A stretch of 53,674 bases of DNA from a virus (IMGVR_UViG_3300037296_000160:1-53674), one strand, 5' to 3'. Shown: positions 16,537 to 25,959, counted from the stretch's first letter. The notes: generated from the letters alone by a model not told the origin. Program-made: numbers and translations.

Positions 16537-18782
16537 CAAGCATAGCTGTTGGGGAGAAGGTGCGCGAGTTTCGCAGCCTCTTGAACGAAACCCCCGAAGA
16601 TCAGGCGCAGCCGAACAAGCACGATAAGCACCTCGATACAGAGGAAGCCAAGGCGCTGCACCGCGAAATGATGGGCAGCTTTAGCCTTGAGCTGTCCCGG
16701 CAGGCCGCATCCCGCCGCCGCCGCGCCCGCGCAGAGGACTATTACCACGGCGTCCAGTTTACCGAGGCCGAGCGCCTTGAAATCGAGGGGCGCGGCCAGA
16801 CCGCGACCACGCTCAACATCATGGGGCCGTCGATTAACTGGATGCTGGGCACCGAGCGCCGCAACCGGGCTGACGGCAAGGTTCTGCCCCGCCGCAAGGA
16901 CGGACGCACCGACGCCGACTCCAAGACGCAGCTTTTGAAATACGTCGATGATTGCCACCACGCCGAAATGAAGAAATCGGCCGCATTTGCTGATGCGATC
17001 ATCACCGGGCTTGGCTGGCTGGAAACAGGCGTCCGCGATAGCGAAGCTGGCGGCGAACCTGTGTTCGTCGGCCACCCGGCGTGGCGGCAAATGGTCCATG
17101 ACAGCTTTGCCACAGAGTTGGATATGGGCGATGCGCGCTACATGTTCCGCGCCAAGTGGACGGACGTGAACATTGCGACGGCCATGTTCCCAGACCGCGC
17201 GCCAACGATCCGCGCCGCCGCGCTGCGCGACAACGGCATGTCGGGCGACGGCGGCATTGACGGCTGGGGCGATGACGCCATGGACAGCGTCGAGCAATTC
17301 GCCCTCGATACCCACGACTTTGGCTATGAGATTGCCGAGGCAATGCGCCCGCGTGTGCGGCTTATCGAGGCATGGACCCGCCGCCCGATGATGACGCCCT
17401 GCATGATCGGCGGCATGTTCGACGGCGAGATTTTCGACCCGCACAGCCACGGGCACGTCAACGAAGTCATCATGGGCAACGCGCGCGTCAAAGAGAAGCT
17501 GCGCAACCGGATGCAGGTTCACATTATGACGTCGGGCGGGCTGTTGCGGTCCCAGAACTCGCCCTATCGCCACAACAAGTTTCCATTCACCCCCGTCTGG
17601 GGCAACCGGCGCGCGTCTGACAACATGCCTTACGGCGTGGCTGATACGATGATCGACCTGCAAGACGACATCAACAAGCGCCAGATCAAAGCCACCTACA
17701 TTCTGAACACCAACAAGGTCGTGGCCTACGAGGGCAGCGTGTCCGACGTGGACGAGTTTCTTGAGGAAGTGCCGCGCCCTGACGGCGTGATCTGGATTAA
17801 GGAAGGCAAGCAAAAGCCTGATTTTAATGCAGATAAGGAGCTTGGGACGTCGCACCTTAACTCAATGTCTATGTCGATCGACATGGTTCAGCAGCTATCG
17901 GGCATCACTGACGAAAGCATGGGGCGCACCACCAACGCCACGTCAGGCCGCGCGATCAAGGCGCGTCAGGAGCAAGGGGCCATGACCACGGCCCACTACT
18001 ACGACAACTTTAGGTATGCCCTGCAAGTCCATGGCGAGAAACAGCTTTGCGTCTGTGAACAGTTTATCGACAAGGAAAAGCAATTTCGCATCGCCACCCC
18101 GCGCGGGGGCTTTGACTTTAAGACGGTGAACGAACCGGGCAACGCCGCAACGAACATCACCGCGTTTAAGGCTGACTTTCAGATGGGCGAGGAAGATTGG
18201 AAGGCCAGCAACCGGCAGGCGTCCGCTGACAGCTTTATCCAGATCATGTCGCAGCTTGCCCCGGCCAACCCGCAAGTGCTGACCTCGATCCTCGATCTAT
18301 TGGTAGACATGCTGGACGTGCCCTACGCCGAGGAAATCGCCTCCCGCCTGCGCCTGCAATTCAACATTGAAGACCCAGACGCCGACCCCAATGACCCGTC
18401 GCCGCAAGCCGTCGAACAGCGGGCCAAGAAGGAAGCCGCCGCAGCCGCAGCAGGCGAGGCCATGGAGATGCAGAAGGCCGCACAGCAAGCCGAAACCGAC
18501 AAGGCCACCGCCAGCGCCCGCGAAGCGCGCGCCAAGGCCGCACGGTCGGAAATCGAGGCGCAAAAGGAACTGTTGTCGATGGACCGTATCGCGTTCGACA
18601 ACATCAGCGTCATGCAAGCGCAGCGCGGCACCGCCGCGACCGCCGACGCCATGATCGAGGACGCCATCGCGCGTGTGAACGCCATGGTGCAGCCGCAGAC
18701 AGGGCAACCCCCTGCCCCTGCCCCCGATATGCCGCCCCCAGAGGCAGGCATGGACCCCGCAAGCCAACTTATCCCCGCATAA
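16533..18782 (+). CDS. Portal protein (podovirus type)
   Basis: 749 aa; DYYHGVQF..., DARYMFRAKW, FPFTPVWG.R....PYG...MIDLQDDINKR, SGRAIKARQEQG; coiled-coil C-terminus. Confidence 0.92.
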   Translation: MTSIAVGEKVREFRSLLNETPEDQAQPNKHDKHLDTEEAKALHREMMGSFSLELSRQAASRRRRARAEDYYHGVQFTEAERLEIEGRGQTATTLNIMGPSINWMLGTERRNRADGKVLPRRKDGRTDADSKTQLLKYVDDCHHAEMKKSAAFADAIITGLGWLETGVRDSEAGGEPVFVGHPAWRQMVHDSFATELDMGDARYMFRAKWTDVNIATAMFPDRAPTIRAAALRDNGMSGDGGIDGWGDDAMDSVEQFALDTHDFGYEIAEAMRPRVRLIEAWTRRPMMTPCMIGGMFDGEIFDPHSHGHVNEVIMGNARVKEKLRNRMQVHIMTSGGLLRSQNSPYRHNKFPFTPVWGNRRASDNMPYGVADTMIDLQDDINKRQIKATYILNTNKVVAYEGSVSDVDEFLEEVPRPDGVIWIKEGKQKPDFNADKELGTSHLNSMSMSIDMVQQLSGITDESMGRTTNATSGRAIKARQEQGAMTTAHYYDNFRYALQVHGEKQLCVCEQFIDKEKQFRIATPRGGFDFKTVNEPGNAATNITAFKADFQMGEEDWKASNRQASADSFIQIMSQLAPANPQVLTSILDLLVDMLDVPYAEEIASRLRLQFNIEDPDADPNDPSPQAVEQRAKKEAAAAAAGEAMEMQKAAQQAETDKATASAREARAKAARSEIEAQKELLSMDRIAFDNISVMQAQRGTAATADAMIEDAIARVNAMVQPQTGQPPAPAPDMPPPEAGMDPASQLIPA

Positions 18783-18803
18783 TCAGCAAAGAGGAAACAC
18801 CCC

Positions 18804-19652
18804 ATGGCAAACCCGCAGACACACTACGACGATCCGCCCATCAACGCCGAAGATGACGCCGAAATCGTCCTGACCGACGATGACCGCCGCCAGCTTACGC
18901 CAGCGGATATCGAAGCCCTGTCCGCTGTTGTGGATGCAGAGGTCATAGACGAGCAGCCCGCACCCGCGCCTGCCCCTGTGATCGATCAGCAGCCCGCCCC
19001 GGCCCCGGCACCGGCCACGGACTATAGCGCGGATATCGCTGCGCAGGATGCAGCTATGCGCGCGCTACGCGCAAGCTGGGACGACGGCGACGTGTCGGTT
19101 GATGACTACAACCGCCAGCAGGACGAATTGCAGGCCGCGCGCGATGAACTAATCACCGCCCGCGCTTTGCAGGAGGCTAACCCTGCCCCGGCCCAGCCCG
19201 AAGACAACGGCGGCGACCGGCAGGAAGACCCCGCCTTTGCCCTCGATGCGCAGAGATATGCGACCGCCTACCCCGAACTGTTCTCTGACGCGCACTTTAC
19301 CGCGTTCAACGCACTGTTCGAGCAAAACGACGCGCGGGCATCGAGCGCCAACCTCACCACCACGCAGCTACTTGAGAAGACGCACCGCGAGTATGCCGCA
19401 CTGGCCGAGGCACAGCATCGGCCATTGCAGGTATCCCTACCGGGCACCGGAGGCGTTGGTGGCCGCAAGGACGAAGTGCCGCCCAGCATTGCCGACGTGC
19501 CCGCGTCTGGTCTGGACGCGCACCAAGACCGCTTTTCGACCTTGGCAGCCCAGATCGACACGATGGACAACCCTGACGATATCGAGGCCATCTTGGCGAA
19601 GTTGCCCCCTGACCAACGCGATGCGTTCGCGTCATTTGGCGACGACGGATGA
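18804..19652 (+). CDS. Putative scaffolding protein
   Basis: Acidic, Pro/Ala-rich, helical; follows the portal; C-terminal helix (IEAILAKLPPDQRDAF). Confidence 0.65.
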   Translation: MANPQTHYDDPPINAEDDAEIVLTDDDRRQLTPADIEALSAVVDAEVIDEQPAPAPAPVIDQQPAPAPAPATDYSADIAAQDAAMRALRASWDDGDVSVDDYNRQQDELQAARDELITARALQEANPAPAQPEDNGGDRQEDPAFALDAQRYATAYPELFSDAHFTAFNALFEQNDARASSANLTTTQLLEKTHREYAALAEAQHRPLQVSLPGTGGVGGRKDEVPPSIADVPASGLDAHQDRFSTLAAQIDTMDNPDDIEAILAKLPPDQRDAFASFGDDG

Positions 19653-20044
19653 AGGTAAAACTCACCACCTTAACCGTCACTTTGAGCCGCGCAGCCGTGT
19701 TGCAGTTGCGCGGCTGCAACCTTTGCTACCTCGATAAGCAGGACGACGGCGGCACCGTTTTTGCGGTCAATCCGCAGCCCGACGTCGTCGTCAAGCATCA
19801 CCGCAAAGACCCCAAGACGGGCCTGCCCGAAACGGAAGGTGTGATTTTGGACGGCGTCACCATCGCCATTCAGATCGGTGACGCGATCACCACCAGCCAC
19901 GGCACTGGCCTAATCCGCGTCAAGCGGGGCACGTCTGCCCGCCCGACGTTCAAAGTCAGCGCGCCAGAGCATGACCGCATTACCGTCGTGCGCCGGGGGC
20001 AACCCGTCGGTGGACGCGCCAAAGAACTGGAGAACCAGCTATGA
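19649..20044 (+). CDS. Hypothetical beta-rich protein, possibly two tandem CsrA/RsmA-like domains
   Basis: Two ~50-aa halves with CsrA-like strand patterns: LTVTLSRAAVLQL...TVFAVNPQPDVVVKHHR and IAIQIGDAI...RPTFKVSAPEHDRITVVR. The CDS is likely real; the fold call is tentative. Confidence 0.45.
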   Translation: MKVKLTTLTVTLSRAAVLQLRGCNLCYLDKQDDGGTVFAVNPQPDVVVKHHRKDPKTGLPETEGVILDGVTIAIQIGDAITTSHGTGLIRVKRGTSARPTFKVSAPEHDRITVVRRGQPVGGRAKELENQL

Positions 20045-20340
20045 CCAGATTGCGCGAGGGCGTCATCGACCTCAATTTGAACGCGCCGGGGGGCGAGTGC
20101 AGCTATACCGTCAACCGTGCCGCGCTGGCCAAGAAGAACCTGCTAATCGACAAGCGGTATACCCGCGTCGTGCGCCTCAATAGCCCAGAGGAAGTGCAGC
20201 AGGCACTAACGAACGCGCAGCACAGCAAGGTTAGCAAAGACCCTTTGACCAAAGCCGTGGCGCAAAGCCTGACCAAAGCCCTGACGCTGGCCGTCAACGC
20301 CATCCAGAGCCACCAGAAGCATCAGGCGGCGGCGAAATGA
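20041..20340 (+). CDS. Hypothetical protein
   Basis: GGAG SD; coupled to both neighbours. Confidence 0.7.
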   Translation: MTRLREGVIDLNLNAPGGECSYTVNRAALAKKNLLIDKRYTRVVRLNSPEEVQQALTNAQHSKVSKDPLTKAVAQSLTKALTLAVNAIQSHQKHQAAAK

Positions 20341-20690
20341 GCGGTGACGAGCTGACAGACATGGCCGCTGTTCTGACCAAAGAGGGCGGGCCGAAAGGGA
20401 CAAAGAAGATCCCCATGAAGTCCGACCCCGGCGATCAAGAGAACATGGTGAAGATCAATAACGTCGCGGGCGAAGAACTGCGGCAATTCATCGAGCGATA
20501 TGAGCGCCTAGAGGCCGAGAAAAAAGACATAATGGAGGGCATGAAAGAGGTCATGGCCGAAGCCAAAGGCCGTGGCTACAACGTGAAGATACTTCGCAAG
20601 ATCATCGCCCTGCGCAAGCGCGACAAGGATGACTTGGACGAAGAAGAAGCGGTTTTGGAAATGTATATGGCCGCGTTGGGCATGTCCTAG
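20337..20690 (+). CDS. gapR: GapR/DUF2312 family nucleoid-associated DNA-binding protein
   Basis: VAGEELRQFIERYERLEAEKKDI...KEVMAEAKGRGYNVKILRKIIALRK...YMAALGM. Confidence 0.9.
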   Translation: MSGDELTDMAAVLTKEGGPKGTKKIPMKSDPGDQENMVKINNVAGEELRQFIERYERLEAEKKDIMEGMKEVMAEAKGRGYNVKILRKIIALRKRDKDDLDEEEAVLEMYMAALGMS

Positions 20691-21115
20691 TGACACCCGC
20701 CGCGCGCCAGCTTGCAAAAGCCGAGAAGGATGCGCGCGCCCGCGAGAAGCAGGTTAAGCGCGATGCGCGCGCCGCCACAGCCCCGGCCAACAAGTATGGG
20801 GCCAAGCGCACGGTCGTAGACGGCATAACATTCGACAGCAAACACGAGGCCCGCGTGTGGGGGCAGCTAGGCTATGCCGAGCGGTGCGGGCTGATACGCG
20901 ACCTCAAGCGGCAGGTGCCCGTGTTCCTGATAGGGCAGCACGGCCCCCTACTGGCCCGCAACGGCAGACCTATGCGCCTGACGTTCGACTTTACCTACAT
21001 CGACGCGGAAACCGGCCACCTGATCCACGCCGACGCCAAGGGCAAGCCAACCCCTGACTACGAGGTCCGCAAGGCCGTCGTGATCGCCATGGGACTGCAC
21101 GTCCTCGAACTGTAA
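20690..21115 (+). CDS. DUF1064-family PD-(D/E)xK nuclease-like protein
   Basis: NKYGAKRTVVDGITFDSKHEA...LKRQVP...DFTY...DAKG. Confidence 0.85.
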   Translation: MTPAARQLAKAEKDARAREKQVKRDARAATAPANKYGAKRTVVDGITFDSKHEARVWGQLGYAERCGLIRDLKRQVPVFLIGQHGPLLARNGRPMRLTFDFTYIDAETGHLIHADAKGKPTPDYEVRKAVVIAMGLHVLEL

Positions 21116-21141
21116 ACAACGCCGCCCAGGTGCTTACCAAA

Positions 21142-21312
21142 ATGACCGACAAAGACCTTGATACACTGGCCGATACCATCACCGCAGCCCTATCGCGCTG
21201 CAAGACGGTCAAAGAGGTTGTGGACACCGCAAACCACTACCGGGCCGACGTGGAACACATGAAGACGGCCAGCCGCACCCGCGCCATCCATCTAAGCAAT
21301 CTGCGCAGCTAG
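21142..21312 (+). CDS. Small hypothetical protein
   Basis: MTDKDLDTLADTITAALSRCKTVKEV...; helical and protein-like. Confidence 0.5.
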   Translation: MTDKDLDTLADTITAALSRCKTVKEVVDTANHYRADVEHMKTASRTRAIHLSNLRS

Positions 21313-21339
21313 CAGATCAAGATGCTGGGTAAAGAGGCA

Positions 21340-21488
21340 CAGCCCGAACAAGCACAAATGCAGATTTAATAAGATGCTTAGAAAAAAAGATTTGCAAATA
21401 CGCTGATTGACGCTAAAACCCTGTGTGTGGTCGAAACCATTAGACCACGATGCGACGAAACGTCTGCACATAGCCACAGGAGGCAACA
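21340..21488 (+). promoter_or_regulatory. Putative promoter of the accessory/early operon
   Basis: AT-rich; TGCAGAT at 21359, TGCAAAT at 21393, TTGACG at 21407, ACCAC-type octamers at 21436-21460. Confidence 0.5.
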
Positions 21489-21782
21489 GTGACCGAGCAG
21501 CAAGTCCCTTCAATGTTCGTAGCCAAGCGCACCATCCAACTGGACGGACGCAAGCTATACGACGTCGCCCTAGTGTTCGTGATCGACAAGGTCATGCCGT
21601 CAGGGATCACGCTTTGCCACCCGTCCACCACCTACATGACCCGCGTAAGCCCGGTTGAGCGCATCGCCCACAACATCACCGGGACAGTCAAGTTTCGCCC
21701 CGACGCGGACGGACGCCTGCGCCAGATCGAGCGCCGCAAGATCGACCCGAACGGCTGGGCACAAGTCAAAACCACAACCTAA
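21489..21782 (+). CDS. Hypothetical protein
   Basis: AGGAGG SD before the GTG start. Confidence 0.75.
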   Translation: MTEQQVPSMFVAKRTIQLDGRKLYDVALVFVIDKVMPSGITLCHPSTTYMTRVSPVERIAHNITGTVKFRPDADGRLRQIERRKIDPNGWAQVKTTT

Positions 21783-21833
21783 TCACCACAGGCGACCGCA
21801 CAGGTCTGCCGACACGCCACAGGAGGCACCCCC

Positions 21834-22196
21834 ATGACAATCGCTTTCACATTCAACGACACCGACCGCCCTGACCTTGGCGCTTGCAGCCCCTTTGGCG
21901 TCATCGAGACGGTTTCGCACTTTGCATCCACCCGGCACATCATGGCCGACCAGATAACCTTTGTGGCGTCTGAAACAGGCTGCGGCTACCACCTGATGCC
22001 CGACGCGCTGGCTATGGTCGATGAACGCCTGCGCGGCCTGCGTGGCTACGAGGCCAACTCGCCATGGTTCGATACAGGTCTGGGCCAAGCGATTATTGTC
22101 GTCACCTTCCAAAGCATGTTCAGCGCCCAAGCGATCAAGGAAGCCTTTGCGCGCCTGATCTGGCTCGATGAAGCAACAGCGGAGTGGGCGGCATGA
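21834..22196 (+). CDS. Hypothetical protein (weak resemblance to DUF7007-type mobile-element proteins)
   Basis: AGGAGG SD; SPFG...ITFVASETGCGYHL. Confidence 0.7.
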   Translation: MTIAFTFNDTDRPDLGACSPFGVIETVSHFASTRHIMADQITFVASETGCGYHLMPDALAMVDERLRGLRGYEANSPWFDTGLGQAIIVVTFQSMFSAQAIKEAFARLIWLDEATAEWAA

Positions 22197-22417
22197 GCGG
22201 CAACCTTCGCAAAACCATCGAGCGCGCAGCCATCGAGCGCGACTACGGCAGCGCCGTCGCCCAGACCAAAGACGCGCTGGGCGTGGTCAAAGAAACGCGC
22301 GCCGTATTGGTCCTGCATCACATGGATCAAGAAGATTGGTTCCGCCTGCCGGTCCCACTGCGCCGCCGCCTGCTGGGCGACTACGCCGCAACAGAAATCC
22401 GCTACCAACTAGACTAG
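22193..22417 (+). CDS. Hypothetical protein
   Basis: ATGA overlap with the upstream gene; GGAG SD. Confidence 0.7.
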   Translation: MSGNLRKTIERAAIERDYGSAVAQTKDALGVVKETRAVLVLHHMDQEDWFRLPVPLRRRLLGDYAATEIRYQLD

Positions 22418-22426
22418 GAAAACCAC

Positions 22427-22942
22427 ATGACCGTGAAACCACCCCTCAAGTTTCTACAATGCGCGCTGGGCTTTCAACACGCCACGGAAGGCATGACCGT
22501 AGCGGACGCACACCGCGTTCGTATCGGCCTGCTGGACCATATGGCAAGCACCACGGGCGCAGTCTTATCCCCTATGCGCGTGGCCGTGCCAAAGGACGTG
22601 CAAAGCCTGCCTGCGTCCATGACGTTCGCCTCTAACGTCGCAGATGACGTAGACACATGGCTTGTGCCAATGCCTGCATGGGCGACGGCGCGCGACAAGT
22701 TTGACGAAATCATGCGCCTTTCCCCGGCTGACATGCCCCCAAACAGCGACCACCTGTCCCTATTGCTCGATACCGTCCTGTTCCGCCTGCGTGAGCCGTC
22801 ACGGGCGGCAACATGGGAGGCGATAGGGGTGCCAGCACCGCGAGGCCGCGCCATGCTGGGTGCCCGCTCTGACAGTGTGACGTGGCCGACCTTCTTCACC
22901 CTGCGCGTCTACGCCTTTGGCGACGAAATGGAGACACGGTAA
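22427..22942 (+). CDS. Hypothetical protein, possible C-terminal HTH-like region
   Basis: AGGA SD; operon-packed. Confidence 0.7.
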   Translation: MTVKPPLKFLQCALGFQHATEGMTVADAHRVRIGLLDHMASTTGAVLSPMRVAVPKDVQSLPASMTFASNVADDVDTWLVPMPAWATARDKFDEIMRLSPADMPPNSDHLSLLLDTVLFRLREPSRAATWEAIGVPAPRGRAMLGARSDSVTWPTFFTLRVYAFGDEMETR

Positions 22943-23421
22943 TGGCGAACTGGAAAACAATGACCACCGCCAAATCCCTGCCCCTGCACCCCAAGCGGGA
23001 GCGGGAGATAACCGAGTGGGCCAAGCGGCACGGATATGACGACGAGGCCATCGCGGCGACCATCGAGGCGCATAAGAACGTGATGACCTACATGAACAAC
23101 ACCTACGTTGCCACGGTCCTCAAGGCCGAGGTCTGGGGGGAGGGCTGGCCCGAAATGGCCCAACTGTCCATTCGCCGCATAGACCGCAAGGTCATCCACG
23201 ATTGGCGCGCGCTGCAACAGATCAAGTCCGATATCTTTGGGGCCAACGCCGAGGGCGTAGAACTCTACCCCGCCGCCGACCGCGTCGTAGATACCGCGAA
23301 CAGCTACCATATCTTTGTGCCCCTCGATCCTAGCATCCATTTCCCCTTTGGCTGGCGCACTGGCCTGCGCGCGGACGATGCGGCACAGAACGAGCGCCCC
23401 GGCGCAGGGGGTGAACTATGA
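22942..23421 (+). CDS. DUF7694-like phage protein
   Basis: LSIRR.D....HDWRALQQIK.DIFG...EGVELYP...RVVDTANSYHIF pattern; TAATG coupling. Confidence 0.7.
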   Translation: MANWKTMTTAKSLPLHPKREREITEWAKRHGYDDEAIAATIEAHKNVMTYMNNTYVATVLKAEVWGEGWPEMAQLSIRRIDRKVIHDWRALQQIKSDIFGANAEGVELYPAADRVVDTANSYHIFVPLDPSIHFPFGWRTGLRADDAAQNERPGAGGEL

Positions 23422-23714
23422 CCACCATTGCCCTGATCGCCATAGCGGCCCTTGCCTTCGCGCTGGGCGTGATGTGGGAGCGTGACCGCCCGCGCCGCCG
23501 CGCCTTGGCCCGGTTCCGCAACAATGCACCGCTGCGCCGCGCCATGCAGACAGAGGCGTCCCAATGGAACGGACGCCAGCTTGAGCAAATCAAAGCGATG
23601 AACCGTTGCGCAGCGGGCAACTTGCCCCCGCTTGAGGTCCACTACACCCGGTTTCCGCCGAACTGGCACGAGACAATCGGCCAGCACGGCACCAACGAGC
23701 AGACACAAGGATAA
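23418..23714 (+). CDS. Hypothetical protein with N-terminal TM helix
   Basis: MTTIALIAIAALAFALGVMW followed by a basic stretch. Confidence 0.65.
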   Translation: MTTIALIAIAALAFALGVMWERDRPRRRALARFRNNAPLRRAMQTEASQWNGRQLEQIKAMNRCAAGNLPPLEVHYTRFPPNWHETIGQHGTNEQTQG

Positions 23715-23719
23715 AACCA

Positions 23720-24496
23720 ATGAACGACGAAACCACGAAACCAGTAACCGCATTGCCGCCCGCAGACTTCAACGCCATGGCGCTGGAAGCACTGACAGCC
23801 GCGTGTGACCCGGCCCGCGTCCAAGAGATTGTGGCGAAGAAGATCACCGAGACGGTGGATCGCGCCATTGAGGACGCCACGCGCAGCTACTCGCCCTTTG
23901 GTCAGGCACTAGAGGGGAAGCTGAAAGACGCGCTGTCCATCCAGAACCTCAATCTGCCAAGCTACAACACGATCATCTGTTCCATGGTGCAGAAGGCCGT
24001 AGAGGCCAACGTGTCCGAATTGATAGCGGGCCGCTTGAAGACAGACCTCGATGCTATGCTGGCCGTCGCGCCCAAGACGATCAAGCTGTCAGAGATTGTG
24101 ACCTCGATGCGATCTGAACACGAGGGGAATGACTACGGCCCGGTCGTGACCTGCCACGTTGACCAAGACGGCGGCGATGATGACTTCTGGGGGCGGAACT
24201 GGACGATCTGGCTTGATGACCGCGAACACTACGATTGGGCCAGCCGCAAGGATGCGTCGGTAAGGATCGCCGTGCGCCACGGTATCCGCAAAAACATGGC
24301 CGAAGCTGGGCACCCCGAACACGTCGGCACCATCAGCGCGGTCTATGAAAACGGCGGTGTGCTGGCAGATATCAAGAAGGGCTTCACCAGCCGCAAGAAC
24401 TACGGCTTGGCCAATACCCTGCTGGGCTACTACGCCGCTGAAACCGTTATCGTGGTCGATGAAGACGACGTTGTAACCAGCGTGGGGGATTACTGA
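23720..24496 (+). CDS. Hypothetical phage protein
   Basis: 258 aa, AAGGA SD, coding-like bias. Confidence 0.8.
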   Translation: MNDETTKPVTALPPADFNAMALEALTAACDPARVQEIVAKKITETVDRAIEDATRSYSPFGQALEGKLKDALSIQNLNLPSYNTIICSMVQKAVEANVSELIAGRLKTDLDAMLAVAPKTIKLSEIVTSMRSEHEGNDYGPVVTCHVDQDGGDDDFWGRNWTIWLDDREHYDWASRKDASVRIAVRHGIRKNMAEAGHPEHVGTISAVYENGGVLADIKKGFTSRKNYGLANTLLGYYAAETVIVVDEDDVVTSVGDY

Positions 24497-24822
24497 TGCC
24501 CGCCGCGATCAAGATGAACAGCATGGTCAAAGCTGTAGACCTTGCCACAGGCAAAGAGAGCGAGAGCGTTGTAAGCTGGGGGGTGTTGCCGCCCGCGCCA
24601 GACCGGTGCCAAACCTGCGCCGTGGACCACACGCCAGACCAGCCGCATGACGCGGGTTCGCTTTTCTACCAATTCACGTTCGGCAATGAGCATGGCCGCG
24701 CCCCGACGTGGACCGACGCCATGGCGCATTGCACCGCCGCTGTGCGCGACGAGTGGACCGACAACCTGCGCGCCATGGGCGTGGATATCCCAAAGATGGA
24801 GGGAAACGACGATGCAAGCTGA
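24496..24822 (+). CDS. Hypothetical protein with a putative metal-binding CxxC/H motif
   Basis: CQTCAVDH...PH...YQF....GR.PTW.DAMAHC. Confidence 0.7.
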   Translation: MPAAIKMNSMVKAVDLATGKESESVVSWGVLPPAPDRCQTCAVDHTPDQPHDAGSLFYQFTFGNEHGRAPTWTDAMAHCTAAVRDEWTDNLRAMGVDIPKMEGNDDAS

Positions 24823-25957
24823 CCCGATAGCCCAAGCCACGATAACCACCAAGGACGCGCGCCGCATTGCCGCCGCCATGGGGGGTGTCATCGAGCGCCG
24901 CAACACGATCCCGGTGCTGGGGTGTCTGCGCTTCAAGATCGCCAAGGGCGGTATCAGCGTTACCGGTACAGACCTCGATATACGGATGACCCTGCACATA
25001 GAGGCCGAGACGTCGGGCGAAGCTGTGATCCTGATAGACGCCGCCCGGTTTGCTGGCTTTGCTGGCGCTGGGCTGGGCGACATAGTGCTAAAGGTCATCC
25101 CCCCGGCCAAGGGGTCACAATCGCAGATGAACGTCATCGAGTTATCGAGCGGCGATATCACCCTGCAACTGCTGGACCGCCTGCCACCAGAGGACTTTCC
25201 GACGTTCAACCAGCACTTGAAGGGCGCAAAGGCTTTCCCGGCCACGCAAAGCGACCTGCTGCGCGTCTTCAAGTTGGCAAGCCACTGCATCAGCACCGAG
25301 GAAACCCGCTACTATCTGAACGGCATATACCTGTCCGAGAAGCCAGACGGCACCACCCTGCGCGGCGTGGCGACCGACGGGCACCGCTTGGCCTGCATCG
25401 ACACAGGCGTAGAGACGCAAGGCGGGATGGATAAGACCGAGGGCAAGGGGGCGATCCTGCCCCGCAAGACGGTAGACCTGCTGAAAAGCCTGATGACCGA
25501 GGGGGCCAACGATCCTGTCAACATGCGGCTAACCAACACCCACTGCGCGTTTGTCTGGGAAGGTGTCGAGATAGATACCAAGATGATCGACGGCACCTAC
25601 CCAGACTATACCCGCGTGATCCCCAAGGGGGATGAAACAGGCCGCGTCCAGCTATCCACGGACACGGTGCGCCGGGTTATGAGCATTGGCCGCGCGCTGG
25701 GCGGGGGCACGTCCGTCGCCTGCGCCCTCGATCTGGACGCCAACACCATGACCATCACAGGGATGGAAGGGGAGAAGGTGGCCGCGCCTATGAGCGCAAC
25801 AGGCAAGGGCCGCATAGGCTTCAACTTGAAGTATCTGGCCCAACTGGCGCGCGCCGTCCCGAACATAACGATGCAGGTCATCGAGGCCAACGGTCCCGCG
25901 CGTTGCTTTGGTGACGATCCGCTTGCCATGTTCGTCCTGATGCCGATGCGGGTTTAA
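24812..25957 (+). CDS. dnaN: DNA polymerase III beta sliding-clamp homologue
   Basis: IERRNTIPVL, GTDLDI, ISTEETRYYLNG, VATDGHRLA, ILPRKTV, IDGTYPDY.RVIP, IGFN.KYL, VLMPMRV. Confidence 0.93.
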   Translation: MQADPIAQATITTKDARRIAAAMGGVIERRNTIPVLGCLRFKIAKGGISVTGTDLDIRMTLHIEAETSGEAVILIDAARFAGFAGAGLGDIVLKVIPPAKGSQSQMNVIELSSGDITLQLLDRLPPEDFPTFNQHLKGAKAFPATQSDLLRVFKLASHCISTEETRYYLNGIYLSEKPDGTTLRGVATDGHRLACIDTGVETQGGMDKTEGKGAILPRKTVDLLKSLMTEGANDPVNMRLTNTHCAFVWEGVEIDTKMIDGTYPDYTRVIPKGDETGRVQLSTDTVRRVMSIGRALGGGTSVACALDLDANTMTITGMEGEKVAAPMSATGKGRIGFNLKYLAQLARAVPNITMQVIEANGPARCFGDDPLAMFVLMPMRV

Positions 25958-25959
25958 CG

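Noticed and set aside
16413-17855. 480-aa minus-strand ORF
   Set aside because: Antisense to the portal gene; shadow ORF.
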